Below, piece after piece: positions 1 through 9,016 of a stretch of DNA of 64,000 nt (position 1 is its first letter; the number at the start of each line of letters is the position of its first letter). The stretch covers positions 4,756 through 68,755 of the forward strand of contig CALGOH010000223.1 in assembly GCA_937957985.1 (NCBI GenBank), read 5' to 3'. Position numbers and translations under genes: made by a program. This stretch comes from an uncultured Verrucomicrobiae bacterium. GTDB taxonomy: Bacteria; Verrucomicrobiota; Verrucomicrobiia; Verrucomicrobiales; Akkermansiaceae. The notes under the pieces were generated by a model, which ran no database searches, was not told the DNA's origin, and worked only from the letters and a program-made list of their open reading frames with translations.

Positions 1-695
1 ATGGGAAACCGGGTCGGCATGGAACTCCGGAACCGCCAGACCACCGAGTCGACCGCCCGCCCCAGCACCGAGTGCTCCGGGCCGCACATTCCGGCATCGG
101 TCAGCGCGCCGGTGCCGCCCGGCAGGATCCGCTCGTCGGCGGTCTGGACGTGGGTGTGGGTGCCGACCACCACCGAGGCCTTGCCGTCCAGCGCATGCGC
201 CATGGCGATCTTTTCGCTGGTCGTCTCGGCGTGGAAATCAAGCAGGATCATCCTCACCCCGCGCTCGTGCAGGCGCTCGACCTCCCGATCGACCGATAGG
301 AAGGGGTTTTCCAGCGGGGGCTGGATGAATGTCCTGCCCTGTGCGTGGATCACCGCAACCTCGCCCTTCGGCGTCTCAAGCACCACCGATCCGGCCCCGG
401 GTGTGTCGTCGGGATAGTTGATCGGGCGCAGCAGCCGCGGTTCGGTCGGGAAGTAATCGACGATCTCCTGCTGGTCCCAGACATGGTCGCCGGTGGTGAT
501 CACCGCGGCCCCCGCGCGCAGCAGGTCGATCGAGATCTTCGGCGTGATCCCGCGCCCGCCGGCGGCGTTCTCGCCGTTCACCACGATGAAATCCAGGGAC
601 AGCTCCTTGCGCAGTTGCGGCAGTTGATCGATAACCGCGCTGCGCCCGGGTTCACCGACCACATCTCCGAGAAAAAGAATTCGCAAGGGATCCAT
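1..695 (-). CDS. ymdB: YmdB-family metallophosphoesterase (TIGR00282-like), 3' end outside window
   Basis: The reverse-strand ATG (revcomp of 693-695) opens MDPLRILFLGDVVGEPGR...VVNGENAAGGRGIT...TTGDHVWDQ...DFHAETTSEK...GTHTHVQTADERILPGGTGALTDAGMCG. The frame stays open to base 1. It is absent from the ORF track because no stop lies in the window. Confidence 0.85.
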   Translation of the reverse strand, partial: MDPLRILFLGDVVGEPGRSAVIDQLPQLRKELSLDFIVVNGENAAGGRGITPKISIDLLRAGAAVITTGDHVWDQQEIVDYFPTEPRLLRPINYPDDTPGAGSVVLETPKGEVAVIHAQGRTFIQPPLENPFLSVDREVERLHERGVRMILLDFHAETTSEKIAMAHALDGKASVVVGTHTHVQTADERILPGGTGALTDAGMCGPEHSVLGRAVDSVVWRFRSSMPTRFP

Positions 696-751
696 GCCGC
701 TTCGCTTGGTCATCGGAGCCCCGCACGACCCGCCCGCCAAGCAAATTCCCG

Positions 752-2038
752 ATGAAGACCGCCCGTTCGCTCGTTCCCCTTGTGCTGGTCCTCGCGATTG
801 CCGGCGGGCTCGCGTGGTGGCAGTTTCTCCGGCGCGGCACCCCGCCGGCCGGGCCGCCGGAGGTACCCATCGAACAGCCGCTCGGCGATCATCCCGCGCT
901 CTCGGATCTCGCCGACCCGCCGGAATGGGACGAACTCGAGGCCTGGCAGGACACCATCACCCGCGAGGACTTCCTCCGTCAGCTCGAATCCGTGTTCACC
1001 GTCTCCGCGGCATGGCGCGAGTGGTTTCACGTCGGGGAAAAGGACGTGCTGATCGAGACCGGGATCGACGACGGGCGCTTCCGGCTGCGCTTCGCCGACG
1101 AGGCGCCGGAGCGTCCCGCGCCGCGGGAATGGCGCGCCGCCTCGGAGATGGCGCCCGCGCCCCCGGACCTCCCGCTCGAGGGCGTGCGGATCGCGATCGA
1201 TCCCGGCCACATCGGCGGCCGCTGGGCCCGCATCGAGGAACGCTGGTTCCAGATCGGCGACGACGCCCCGGTGCAGGAGGGCGACATGACCCTGCGCGTG
1301 GCGCGCCTGCTGCGGCCGCGTCTCGAGTCCCTCGGCGCCAGCGTTTCGCTCGTGCGCAACGATACCGAACCGGTGACCGCCTACCGGCCGGAGTCGCTGA
1401 TGGACACCGCCCGCGAGATCGAGCCCGATTCGCCCCAGCAGCTCGCCGAGCGGCTGTTCTACCGCACCGCGGAAATCCGGGCGCGGGCCCGCATGGTGAA
1501 CGAAACGCTCAAGCCCGACCTCGTCCTCTGCCTGCATTTCAATGCCGAGGCCTGGGGCGATCCCGAAAACCCGACCCTGGTGCCCCGCCATCATTTCCAC
1601 CTCCTCGTCAATGGCGCCTACACCGACGCGGAAATCGCCCTCGCCGACCAGCGCCACCACGTGGTGAGGAAGATCGTCGAAGGCGTGCATTCCGAGGAAG
1701 CCACCCTCGCCGGGGCCGTCGCCGCCCGCTTCGTGCGGGACACCCGCCTGCCGCCCTACCTCTACGAGCCCAATTCGAGACGGGCGCTCAACATCGACAA
1801 CGACCCCTACGTCTGGGCGCGCAACCTCCTCGCCAACCGGCTCTACGAGCGCCCCGTCGTCTTCCTCGAGCCCTACGTCATGAACTCCACCCTCGACTAC
1901 CCCCGCATCCAGGCCGGCGACTACGAGGGCCTGCGCGAGGTCGATGGCAAAAAGCGGCCCTCCATTTTCCGCGAATACGCCGACGCCGTGGCGGCCGGGC
2001 TCGCCGACCACTACCGCGAGCACCGCCCCGCCGGATAG
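752..2038 (+). CDS. N-acetylmuramoyl-L-alanine amidase (Amidase_3 type) with N-terminal membrane anchor
   Basis: 428-aa ORF with an N-terminal hydrophobic segment. Motifs IAIDPGHIGG, EGDMTLRVARLL and LCLHFNAE are typical of zinc amidases of the AmiA/B/C type. Confidence 0.8.
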   Translation: MKTARSLVPLVLVLAIAGGLAWWQFLRRGTPPAGPPEVPIEQPLGDHPALSDLADPPEWDELEAWQDTITREDFLRQLESVFTVSAAWREWFHVGEKDVLIETGIDDGRFRLRFADEAPERPAPREWRAASEMAPAPPDLPLEGVRIAIDPGHIGGRWARIEERWFQIGDDAPVQEGDMTLRVARLLRPRLESLGASVSLVRNDTEPVTAYRPESLMDTAREIEPDSPQQLAERLFYRTAEIRARARMVNETLKPDLVLCLHFNAEAWGDPENPTLVPRHHFHLLVNGAYTDAEIALADQRHHVVRKIVEGVHSEEATLAGAVAARFVRDTRLPPYLYEPNSRRALNIDNDPYVWARNLLANRLYERPVVFLEPYVMNSTLDYPRIQAGDYEGLREVDGKKRPSIFREYADAVAAGLADHYREHRPAG

Positions 2039-2084
2039 GGAACCTGCGGCAAGGATCGGTGGACCGCGCGCGTAGTCGGTGCCC

Positions 2085-3566
2085 ATGCGCCTGCGCCTCA
2101 TCCCGGCCACCCTGCTCGCCATCGGACCGCTCGCGGCCGACGACGGCGGCCCGCTCTACCAGACCTACTGCTCGGCCTGCCACGCCCCCGACGGCGAGGG
2201 TGCCACCGGCGGACAGTTCCCACCCTTGGCGAAAAGCGAATGGCTCCAGGGTGATCCGGACCGCGCCATCAAGATCGTGCTCAAGGGCCTGCAGGGACCC
2301 GTGGAGGTCCGCGGCCGAGAGTTCAACCTCATGATGCCGCCGCAGGGCGACGCCCTGAGCGACGACCACATCGCCGCCATCCTCACCCACGTCCGCTCGT
2401 CCTGGGGCAACCGGGGTGAGGAAGTGCTCCCCGCCGGTGTCGCCGCCATCCGCAAGTCCCTGGAAAAGCGCACCACGCCGTGGACCGCCGACGAGCTTCT
2501 CAAGCTGCACCCGCTGCCCCGAGAGGAGAGCGCGCTGCGCAACCTGACCTCGAGCATCTACCATGGCAGTTGGAAGAGCCTGCCCGACTTCGAAAAGTTG
2601 GAGGCAAGGAACATCGAGGAGGAGCACGACGGCCTGATCAGCCTCGCCGACGCCGACCGCAAGGACCACTTCGGGCTGGTCTGGAAGGGCGATTTCGTCG
2701 CCGAAAAGGACGGCATGTACCAGTTCCGCCTCGTCTGCGACGACGGCGGCCGCGTGGTCATCGACGACAAGGAAGTGCTCAAGGTCGATGGCCTCGGCCC
2801 GGCGTCGGCCGGACGCGCGAAGGAGGGCCGCCTCCGACTGGCGGCGGGCGCGCACCCGATCCGCATCGAGTATTTCGAGGCCACCGGCATGGAGGACATC
2901 TCCCTCGCCTGGCGCAGCGGCGGCAAGGAACCGTGGCGTTACCTGTCGGAAAGCCGCGCCGGCACGACGCCGCAGCGGTCCGGACCACCTCCGATCCCGG
3001 TCGAACCGACGCCCGACCGCGCCGCGATCTACCGCAACTTCATCGCCGGCACCACGCCGCGCGCGATCGGCATCGGCCTGCCCGGCGCGGTCAATTTCGC
3101 CTACAGCGCCGACCACCTCGCGCCGGAGCTGCTCTGGACCGGCAGCTTCATGGATGCCGGGCGTCACTGGAACGGCCGCGGCCAGGGCGCCCAGCAGCCG
3201 GCCGGCGATCAGGTGATCAAGCTCACCGGCTCGCCCGCCCTGCCCGGAGAGGCGCGCTTCCGGGGCTACAAGCTCGATCCGGCCGGCAATCCGACTTTCA
3301 TGGTCACCCTGCCGGGCGGGGCCATCGAGGACTCCTACCGCGCCAGCGGATCCTCGCTGGTGCGCAAGCTCGGCCACACCGGCACCGAGGCGGCATCCGT
3401 CGTCATCGCCGAGAACCTGCCGATCGAGTCCACCGCCGACGGCTGGCGGCTCGCCAGCGTTGTTGATCTCCGGATCGCCGGAGGCCATGCCGGGAGCGAC
3501 GGCAACAAGCTCCTCCTCACCATCCCTCCCGGGGATTCCGCCACCCTCACCTACACCTGGCGATGA
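2085..3566 (+). CDS. Secreted c-type cytochrome domain protein with PA14-like domain
   Basis: Signal-like N-terminus, then a heme-c site CSACH. A central PA14-like stretch reads GLVWKGDFVAEKDGMYQFRLVCDDGGRVVIDD...IRIEYFE. The start is ATG 2085 or GTG 2079. Confidence 0.7.
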   Translation: MRLRLIPATLLAIGPLAADDGGPLYQTYCSACHAPDGEGATGGQFPPLAKSEWLQGDPDRAIKIVLKGLQGPVEVRGREFNLMMPPQGDALSDDHIAAILTHVRSSWGNRGEEVLPAGVAAIRKSLEKRTTPWTADELLKLHPLPREESALRNLTSSIYHGSWKSLPDFEKLEARNIEEEHDGLISLADADRKDHFGLVWKGDFVAEKDGMYQFRLVCDDGGRVVIDDKEVLKVDGLGPASAGRAKEGRLRLAAGAHPIRIEYFEATGMEDISLAWRSGGKEPWRYLSESRAGTTPQRSGPPPIPVEPTPDRAAIYRNFIAGTTPRAIGIGLPGAVNFAYSADHLAPELLWTGSFMDAGRHWNGRGQGAQQPAGDQVIKLTGSPALPGEARFRGYKLDPAGNPTFMVTLPGGAIEDSYRASGSSLVRKLGHTGTEAASVVIAENLPIESTADGWRLASVVDLRIAGGHAGSDGNKLLLTIPPGDSATLTYTWR

Positions 3567-5020
3567 AACTTTCCCAAGCCATCACCATGCGCCCACCGTC
3601 CCTGCTCATCGGCCTCCTCGTCCTCGCCGCCGCCCCACTCCACGCCGGCTACATCCGCGAGGAAATCCCCCTCCCTCCCGGCGAGGTCATGGAGATCGGC
3701 TCGATCGCGCTGATGCCCGGGAAAAAGATCGCCGTCACCACCCGTCGCGGCGACCTCTGGATCTGCGAGGGTGCCTACGGCAATGATCTCTCGAAGGTGA
3801 CGTGGCACCGGTTCGCCGAACACCTCCACGAACCCTTCGGCATGTTCTGGAAACACGATTCGCTGTGGCTGACCCAGCGCCCGGAAGTGACGCGGATCGA
3901 GGACACCGACGCCGACGGCCTGGCGGACGTTTTCGAGACCATCTGCGACGACTGGGGGATCAACGGCGACTACCACGAGTATGCCTTCGGCAGCACTCCG
4001 GACGCCGAGGGCGACATCTGGGTCGTCCTCTGCCTCACCGGCTCCGGCGCGGCGCGGTCCAACTGGCGTGGCTGGTGCATGCGCGTCACACCCGAGGGCG
4101 GGATGATCCCCACATGTTCCGGCATCCGCTCACCAGGAGGCATCGGTTTCAACGCCGCGGGCGACTGCTTCTACACCGACAACCAGGGGCCGTGGAACGG
4201 ATCGTCGTCGCTCAAGTGGCTCAGGCCGGGATCCTTCCAGGGAAATCCGACCGGCAACAAGTACCACGAACTCGCCGGACTCCCCGCCCCGCCCGAGCCC
4301 CAGGACGGCTCACGCATTCTCACCGAGCGCGAACGCTATCCCGAATTCATTCCGCCGGCGGTCGTGCTCCCGCACGGCAAGGTCGGCCAGTCGCCCACCG
4401 CCGTCATCACCGACCACACCGGCGGCAGATTCGGACCCTTCGCCGGCCAGGTGCTCGTCGGCGAGCAGACCCACTCCCAGGTCCAGCGCGTCTGTCTCGA
4501 AAAGGTCAACGGGCTCTATCAGGGCGCGGTCTTCCATTTCATCGAAGGCTTCGAGGCAGGCATCGTGCCCATGCGCCTCAGCGATTCCGGCACCCTCTTC
4601 GTCGGCGGCACCAATCGCGGCTGGGCCTCGCGCGGGTCGAAGCCCTTCACCTTCGAGCGCGTCCGCTGGGACGGCGAAACAGGGTTCGAGATCCACACCA
4701 TGTCGGCCCGTCCGGACGGCTTCGAGCTCACCTTCACCCATCCCGTCGATCCCGCCGCGGCGGGCGACCCGGCGAGCTACGGGATGCGCGCGTGGACCTA
4801 CATCTACCAGTCGAAATACGGATCCCCCGAGGTCGATGAATCCTTCCCGAAGGTCACCGCCGCCGAAGTCGCCGACGACGGCCGGTCCGTGCGCCTCACC
4901 GTCGACGGCCTGGTCCGCGGCCACGTCCACCAACTCGACTGCCCCGGCGTGAAATCCGCCGACGGCAAAACGCTTGTCCATCCGACCGGCTGGTACACCC
5001 TCAACGAAATCCCCGACTGA
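3563..5020 (+). CDS. Secreted beta-propeller protein, glucose/sorbosone-dehydrogenase-like (PVC 'membrane-bound dehydrogenase domain' type)
   Basis: ATGA overlap with the upstream cytochrome gene. Signal peptide LLIGLLVLAAAPLHA. Motif GIRSPGGIGFNAAGDCFYTDNQGPWNG. Pairing with a cytochrome c partner is typical of this family. Confidence 0.6.
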   Translation: MKLSQAITMRPPSLLIGLLVLAAAPLHAGYIREEIPLPPGEVMEIGSIALMPGKKIAVTTRRGDLWICEGAYGNDLSKVTWHRFAEHLHEPFGMFWKHDSLWLTQRPEVTRIEDTDADGLADVFETICDDWGINGDYHEYAFGSTPDAEGDIWVVLCLTGSGAARSNWRGWCMRVTPEGGMIPTCSGIRSPGGIGFNAAGDCFYTDNQGPWNGSSSLKWLRPGSFQGNPTGNKYHELAGLPAPPEPQDGSRILTERERYPEFIPPAVVLPHGKVGQSPTAVITDHTGGRFGPFAGQVLVGEQTHSQVQRVCLEKVNGLYQGAVFHFIEGFEAGIVPMRLSDSGTLFVGGTNRGWASRGSKPFTFERVRWDGETGFEIHTMSARPDGFELTFTHPVDPAAAGDPASYGMRAWTYIYQSKYGSPEVDESFPKVTAAEVADDGRSVRLTVDGLVRGHVHQLDCPGVKSADGKTLVHPTGWYTLNEIPD

Positions 5021-5151
5021 ACTTTGGGAACGCGCCTCGATCCAGGCTTCTAAAACTTCATTCCGGCAGGCGGCCAATCCACCCTACTCTTGCCAAGTGG
5101 GCACTGTAGTAATAAATCACTAGGTTAAGAGTCTAACCAAGATCCTTCTTA

Positions 5152-5583
5152 ATGAAACGCCCTGAGAACGATGAAGAATGCATCCTGCTCGGGATCAGAG
5201 CCGGTTGTCTTACGGCACAGATCGGCATGTGCTGTGAATTTGATACCTTGGACTTTGAAGAAATGCTCACCTATGAGGATCGGGCGATTTACCCGAAGAC
5301 CTTGAAGTGGGGCCTTTTCGTCCTTGAAAAGCAGAAACCGGTCAAAAAACGAGTTGAGGCAGTTGTCAGATTTCTCGACCCAACAATTCCCAGTATCTCA
5401 GGTCCATGGACTATCGCTATCCTCACATGGGATCCAGACTTTGATTCAGCACCAAAATTTGATCATTCGATTGGCAGACCTGTCTGGAATCTAATTCCGA
5501 AAAATCACGGCAACCTCAACAACGTCAAGAACCTAGGGAGCGTCTGGAAGGCATCAACTCCTGAAGAAGATCCTTTCATTTGA
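5152..5583 (+). CDS. Hypothetical protein, low-G+C orphan
   Basis: 143-aa ORF in a visibly AT-richer stretch (about 5040-5580). No motif recognised. Its stop overlaps the TTG start of the next gene. Confidence 0.45.
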   Translation: MKRPENDEECILLGIRAGCLTAQIGMCCEFDTLDFEEMLTYEDRAIYPKTLKWGLFVLEKQKPVKKRVEAVVRFLDPTIPSISGPWTIAILTWDPDFDSAPKFDHSIGRPVWNLIPKNHGNLNNVKNLGSVWKASTPEEDPFI

Positions 5584-6464
5584 GCCCCAGCCACCTACTC
5601 CTCTGCGGCCACGGCTACCTCGGACAGGCCGTCTCGCGTGACTTCCTCGCCGCCGGCTGGACCGTCACCGCCGTCTCACGCGAAGGTGGCTGCCCCGGCT
5701 CGGGGCAGGCCGTGGCAGCGGCGGCCCGCCGCGAGCCGTTCCGGGAGCATGCCGCCGACCTCGCCTCCCGGGAAAGCATCCGCCACCTCGCCGCCTCCGT
5801 CGATCGACCCGACTTCATCGTCCACTGCGCCTCGTCCGGACGTGGCGGCCCCGAGGCCTACCGCGCCGTTTACCTCGACGGCTGCCATCACCTCATCGCC
5901 GCCTTTCCCGGGATCCCCCTGCTCTTCACCTCCTCCACCTCGGTCTATGCCCAGACCGACGGCTCGGTGGTCACCGAGGAAAGCCCGGCCGAACCCGACC
6001 GCGAAACCGGACGGATCCTGCGCGAGACCGAAGACCTGGTCCTCGACCAAGACGGCATCGTGTTCCGCCTCGCCGGCATCTACGGTCCGCACCGTAGCGT
6101 GATCCTGAAGAAGTTCCTCGCCGGCGAGTCGGTGATCGAGGAGGACGGACGGCGCTTTCTCAACCAGATCCACCGCGACGACGCGGCGAGTGCCATCCTC
6201 CACGCCGCCACCGCCCCGCTGCCGAGCGGCATCTACAACCTCGCCGACTCCACCCCGCGCAGCCAACTCGACACCTTCAAGGCCCTCGCCGGACTTTTCG
6301 CTCGGCCGATCCCGCCGACGGCTCCCCGGGACCTCAACCGCAAGCGCGGCTGGACCCACAAACAGGTGTGCAACGACAAGCTCCGGGCGACCGGCTGGGA
6401 ACCGCGTCATCCGGATTTCCTGGAAGCTGCCAGGACAATTGCCTCGACTCTGGTCGATGGTTGA
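5580..6464 (+). CDS. NAD(P)-dependent epimerase/dehydratase-family (SDR) protein
   Basis: N-terminal Rossmann motif LLLCGHGYLGQAV. The rest is SDR-like, including IYGPHR. The only in-frame start next to the Rossmann motif is TTG 5580. Confidence 0.65.
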   Translation: MSPSHLLLCGHGYLGQAVSRDFLAAGWTVTAVSREGGCPGSGQAVAAAARREPFREHAADLASRESIRHLAASVDRPDFIVHCASSGRGGPEAYRAVYLDGCHHLIAAFPGIPLLFTSSTSVYAQTDGSVVTEESPAEPDRETGRILRETEDLVLDQDGIVFRLAGIYGPHRSVILKKFLAGESVIEEDGRRFLNQIHRDDAASAILHAATAPLPSGIYNLADSTPRSQLDTFKALAGLFARPIPPTAPRDLNRKRGWTHKQVCNDKLRATGWEPRHPDFLEAARTIASTLVDG

Positions 6465-6503
6465 CGCGCGGGCACCAACCGCTGAGCACCCGGTGGTGGC
6501 ATG

Positions 6504-6689
6504 TCACGGATTCTCGATGTCGAGATCCTTGCAGATCTTCCCGACAAGGATATCCCGTATTTCGGCGTGTCGGGGAACGGCGGTCTTGCGGCCGTCGGAG
6601 GGCTTCCACCAGATCGAGTGACGCCCACCTTCCCTCAGCAACTGGCACCCGTATTTTGAAAGGTGCTTGATCAGTGCCTTGCGTTTCAC
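6504..6689 (-). CDS. hicA: HicA-family mRNA interferase toxin
   Basis: The 61-aa product MKRKALIKHLSKYGCQLLREGGRHSIWWKPSDGRKTAVPRHAEIRDILVGKICKDLDI matches the YcfA/HicA pattern. There is a 4-nt overlap with the upstream hicB. Confidence 0.85.
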   Translation of the reverse strand: MKRKALIKHLSKYGCQLLREGGRHSIWWKPSDGRKTAVPRHAEIRDILVGKICKDLDIENP

Positions 6690-6898
6690 GCGGGGATCAA
6701 GATCTCCTCAAAGTCCCCCTGGATCGCCTGCCGGGACTGCTCCCGATTCAATTCCAAAATATCCGACAATGCTTCGGTCAGCGCCTCCACCAGCTCCTCC
6801 CTCGTCCGCTCCTGGGCATTCACCCCGGGAACTTCCTCCACCCACCCCACCCACCAATCGCCGTCCCGTTTCGCAACTGCCGTGAAGGTGTTCGTCAT
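6686..6898 (-). CDS. hicB: HicB-family (UPF0150) antitoxin
   Basis: From internal ATG 6898 the product reads MTNTFTAVAKRDGDWWVGWVEEVPGVNAQERTREELVEALTEAL..., the typical short HicB fold signature. The ORF-track start at 7006 is probably too far upstream. Confidence 0.75.
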   Translation of the reverse strand: MTNTFTAVAKRDGDWWVGWVEEVPGVNAQERTREELVEALTEALSDILELNREQSRQAIQGDFEEILIPA

Positions 6899-7063
6899 AG
6901 GATGAGTCTGGAGCCGATGAGATCCCGTGACAAGCAACTCCTTCCCACTGGCGGTCCGCCGATCCGGATCGCACGATCCGGCCATGAGAGACGGACCGAC
7001 GACCAACCGCCGCTTGTCAGATCGCTGAATTCGGGCCGGGGTGAGGTCCTTCCGGGGTGCTCT

Positions 7064-7369
7064 TCATTCCTCATCCGCCCCGTCCGACCGGCAGCAGTCG
7101 CTCTTGATCAGCCACCACACGCCGGCCGCGACGGCACCGAGCAGCAGCGCCCCGCCGAGCGAGACGCCGGCAGGATGCTCGCGCGCCACGCGCCCGGCCC
7201 GGTCGATGCCGTCCCGGGCGTAGTCGCGCCCGCTGCGCAGCGCGTCCGGCAGCGTGTGCCTTCCCGCGTGCTGCGCCAGGCGTTTCACGTCATCCCTCAG
7301 GCTCGAAAGATCCTCGCGCACCCGCGACAGCAGGTCGGCGGCCCGTTTGTCATCAAATATCTTGTCCAT
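7064..7369 (-). CDS. DUF883/ElaB-YqjD-like tail-anchored membrane protein
   Basis: 101 aa. The N-terminal part is helical and charged (DLLSRVREDLSSLRDDVKRLAQ). A C-terminal TM segment reads LGGALLLGAVAAGVWWLI. Confidence 0.6.
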   Translation of the reverse strand: MDKIFDDKRAADLLSRVREDLSSLRDDVKRLAQHAGRHTLPDALRSGRDYARDGIDRAGRVAREHPAGVSLGGALLLGAVAAGVWWLIKSDCCRSDGADEE

Positions 7370-7600
7370 GGTCTCTTTCTCCTAACATGGCAACCAACGC
7401 CAACTCCACCGGATTTCAAGTCGCGGTCGGAAACTATTTCCCATTGGCCGGCGGCCTGACCCGCGAGCGAAAGCCATGGACAGCAGCAGAAGAATGCGCA
7501 TCAGTCGGGTGTCGGAATGACCCGGCGATTTCCGGTCTTCGAGGGCGTCGCCACCCACCCGCGCAATCTCCGGTCATCCGTTCGCGTATACCTTTCGCTC

Positions 7601-8545
7601 ATGAAACGCAGCATCCTCATCATCGCCGCCGTGCTCCTGCTCGGCGCCGGCATCCTCGCCATCGTCCTGAAACCCGGCACCAAGGACTCCGAAACCGCCT
7701 CCGGCGGATCGGCCCCGCCCGCCCGTGATCGCGTCGAGGAAGGCGACCGGGCCTTCCATGATGAAAGCACGGCCAAGGCCTCGCCGCGCACCGAACGGGA
7801 AACCGGCGACAGCGACCTGGTCGAACAATACGGCGACGCCCGCACCAAGCTCGCCCGCAACGTTTCGGAAAACGTCGTCGGCCTGCTCGACGACGTGATC
7901 ACGATGGGCGAGATGATGTTCAACGGCTCCTCCTCCGAGTGGAACCGGGGCGACCGGGAGGTCCGCCGCCTGCTCCGCGGCACCGAGATCGAGCTGACCG
8001 ACGAACAGCAGGAACAAGCCGAGGCCCTGCTCGCCGATTTCCGCAAACGCGAACTCGAGCAGGCCAAGGCATCCGTCGGGACCCTGCGCGAGAATCCCGT
8101 GCCGCTGATGCGCCTGCTGCTGGCCGGCGACGCCCGCTCGCGCGACGAGCTCAGCGAGGAGGACTACGCCACGCTCCAGCGGGCCAACGCCGACGCGCTG
8201 GGAGACATCATCAACCCGCTCGACCGCAGCAATTTCCGCGGCGGCCAGCCGATGGAGGACGAGGTCTTCCGGGCCGGTTTCGAAGCCCTTCTCGCCCCGG
8301 AGCAGGCCGCCGCGCTGCAGGCCGCCCGGACCCCGGAAGAGGGTGAGGAACAAGGCAACGAGACACCGAACCGGACCGACATCACCCAGATGCCGGTGAT
8401 GTCTCTCGAGGATGCCGACGAGGCGATCCGCTCGACCCGACAAATGACCGGCGGGTTCAAGCAGGTCATGGAGGGCATGGGCAACCTCGGCCCACTGCTC
8501 GAGCAGCAACGTCGCACCCGGGAAGGCGGCGAAACGGAAGAGTAA
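7601..8545 (+). CDS. Hypothetical membrane-anchored acidic protein
   Basis: Internal ATG gives MKRSILIIAAVLLLGAGILAIV (signal/anchor), followed by an E/D/R-rich helical sequence. No family recognised. Confidence 0.5.
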   Translation: MKRSILIIAAVLLLGAGILAIVLKPGTKDSETASGGSAPPARDRVEEGDRAFHDESTAKASPRTERETGDSDLVEQYGDARTKLARNVSENVVGLLDDVITMGEMMFNGSSSEWNRGDREVRRLLRGTEIELTDEQQEQAEALLADFRKRELEQAKASVGTLRENPVPLMRLLLAGDARSRDELSEEDYATLQRANADALGDIINPLDRSNFRGGQPMEDEVFRAGFEALLAPEQAAALQAARTPEEGEEQGNETPNRTDITQMPVMSLEDADEAIRSTRQMTGGFKQVMEGMGNLGPLLEQQRRTREGGETEE

Positions 8546-8561
8546 CGACGGGCTTTCCCGC

Positions 8562-8927
8562 CTAGAATTCGCCTCGGAAGACGCAGCTCGAAATGGGTGT
8601 CTCGTACACCTCGATCTCGGCGAGACCGGGCAGGTCGTCCTCGAGCCGGCGCCAGAACCACCCCGCCAACCGCTCGATGGTCGGACTTTCCAGCCCCTCG
8701 ATGTCGTTCAGGTAGGAATGATCGAGCCGGTCGAGCAGCGGCTTCATCGCATCGGAGATCCGCTTGTGGTCATACACCCAGCCGATCTTCTCATCGACCT
8801 CGCCCTCGACGGTGATCTTCAGCCGGAAGGTGTGGCCGTGCATCTGCCGGCACTTGTGGTCCTCCGGCAGCGTCGGCAGCGTGTGGGCCGCCTCGAAGGT
8901 GAACTCCTTGCTCAATCGCGCGCGCAT
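8562..8927 (-). CDS. queD: 6-carboxy-5,6,7,8-tetrahydropterin synthase
   Basis: MRARLSKEFTFEAAHTLPTLPEDHKCRQMHGHTFRLKITVEGEVD...GWVYDHKRI...LDHSYLND matches the QueD/PTPS zinc-site pattern. The start is taken at ATG 8927. Confidence 0.9.
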   Translation of the reverse strand: MRARLSKEFTFEAAHTLPTLPEDHKCRQMHGHTFRLKITVEGEVDEKIGWVYDHKRISDAMKPLLDRLDHSYLNDIEGLESPTIERLAGWFWRRLEDDLPGLAEIEVYETPISSCVFRGEF

Positions 8928-9016
8928 CGCGCCGCCACGCTGACAGCCCCCCGCCCTCACCGCAAGTCCGGCTCGGTGCTTGCCCGCCGCCACCGCCGCC
9001 CATAAAAGCCCCGCCC

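Noticed and set aside
710-2122. Long antisense or out-of-frame ORFs overlapping confident genes. Examples: 710..2122(-), 1878..3488(-), 15368..17377(-), 19066..20727(-), 43044..45725(-), 33542..34966(+), 37616..40414(+), 59585..61741(+).
   Set aside because: Their translations are R/A/G/P-rich low-complexity sequence with no motifs. The opposite strand or another frame carries unmistakable conserved proteins. These are typical high-G+C shadow ORFs.
8928-9016. preQ1 riboswitch upstream of queD.
   Set aside because: The 89-nt divergent spacer is GC-rich and lacks the preQ1-I/II consensus elements I know.
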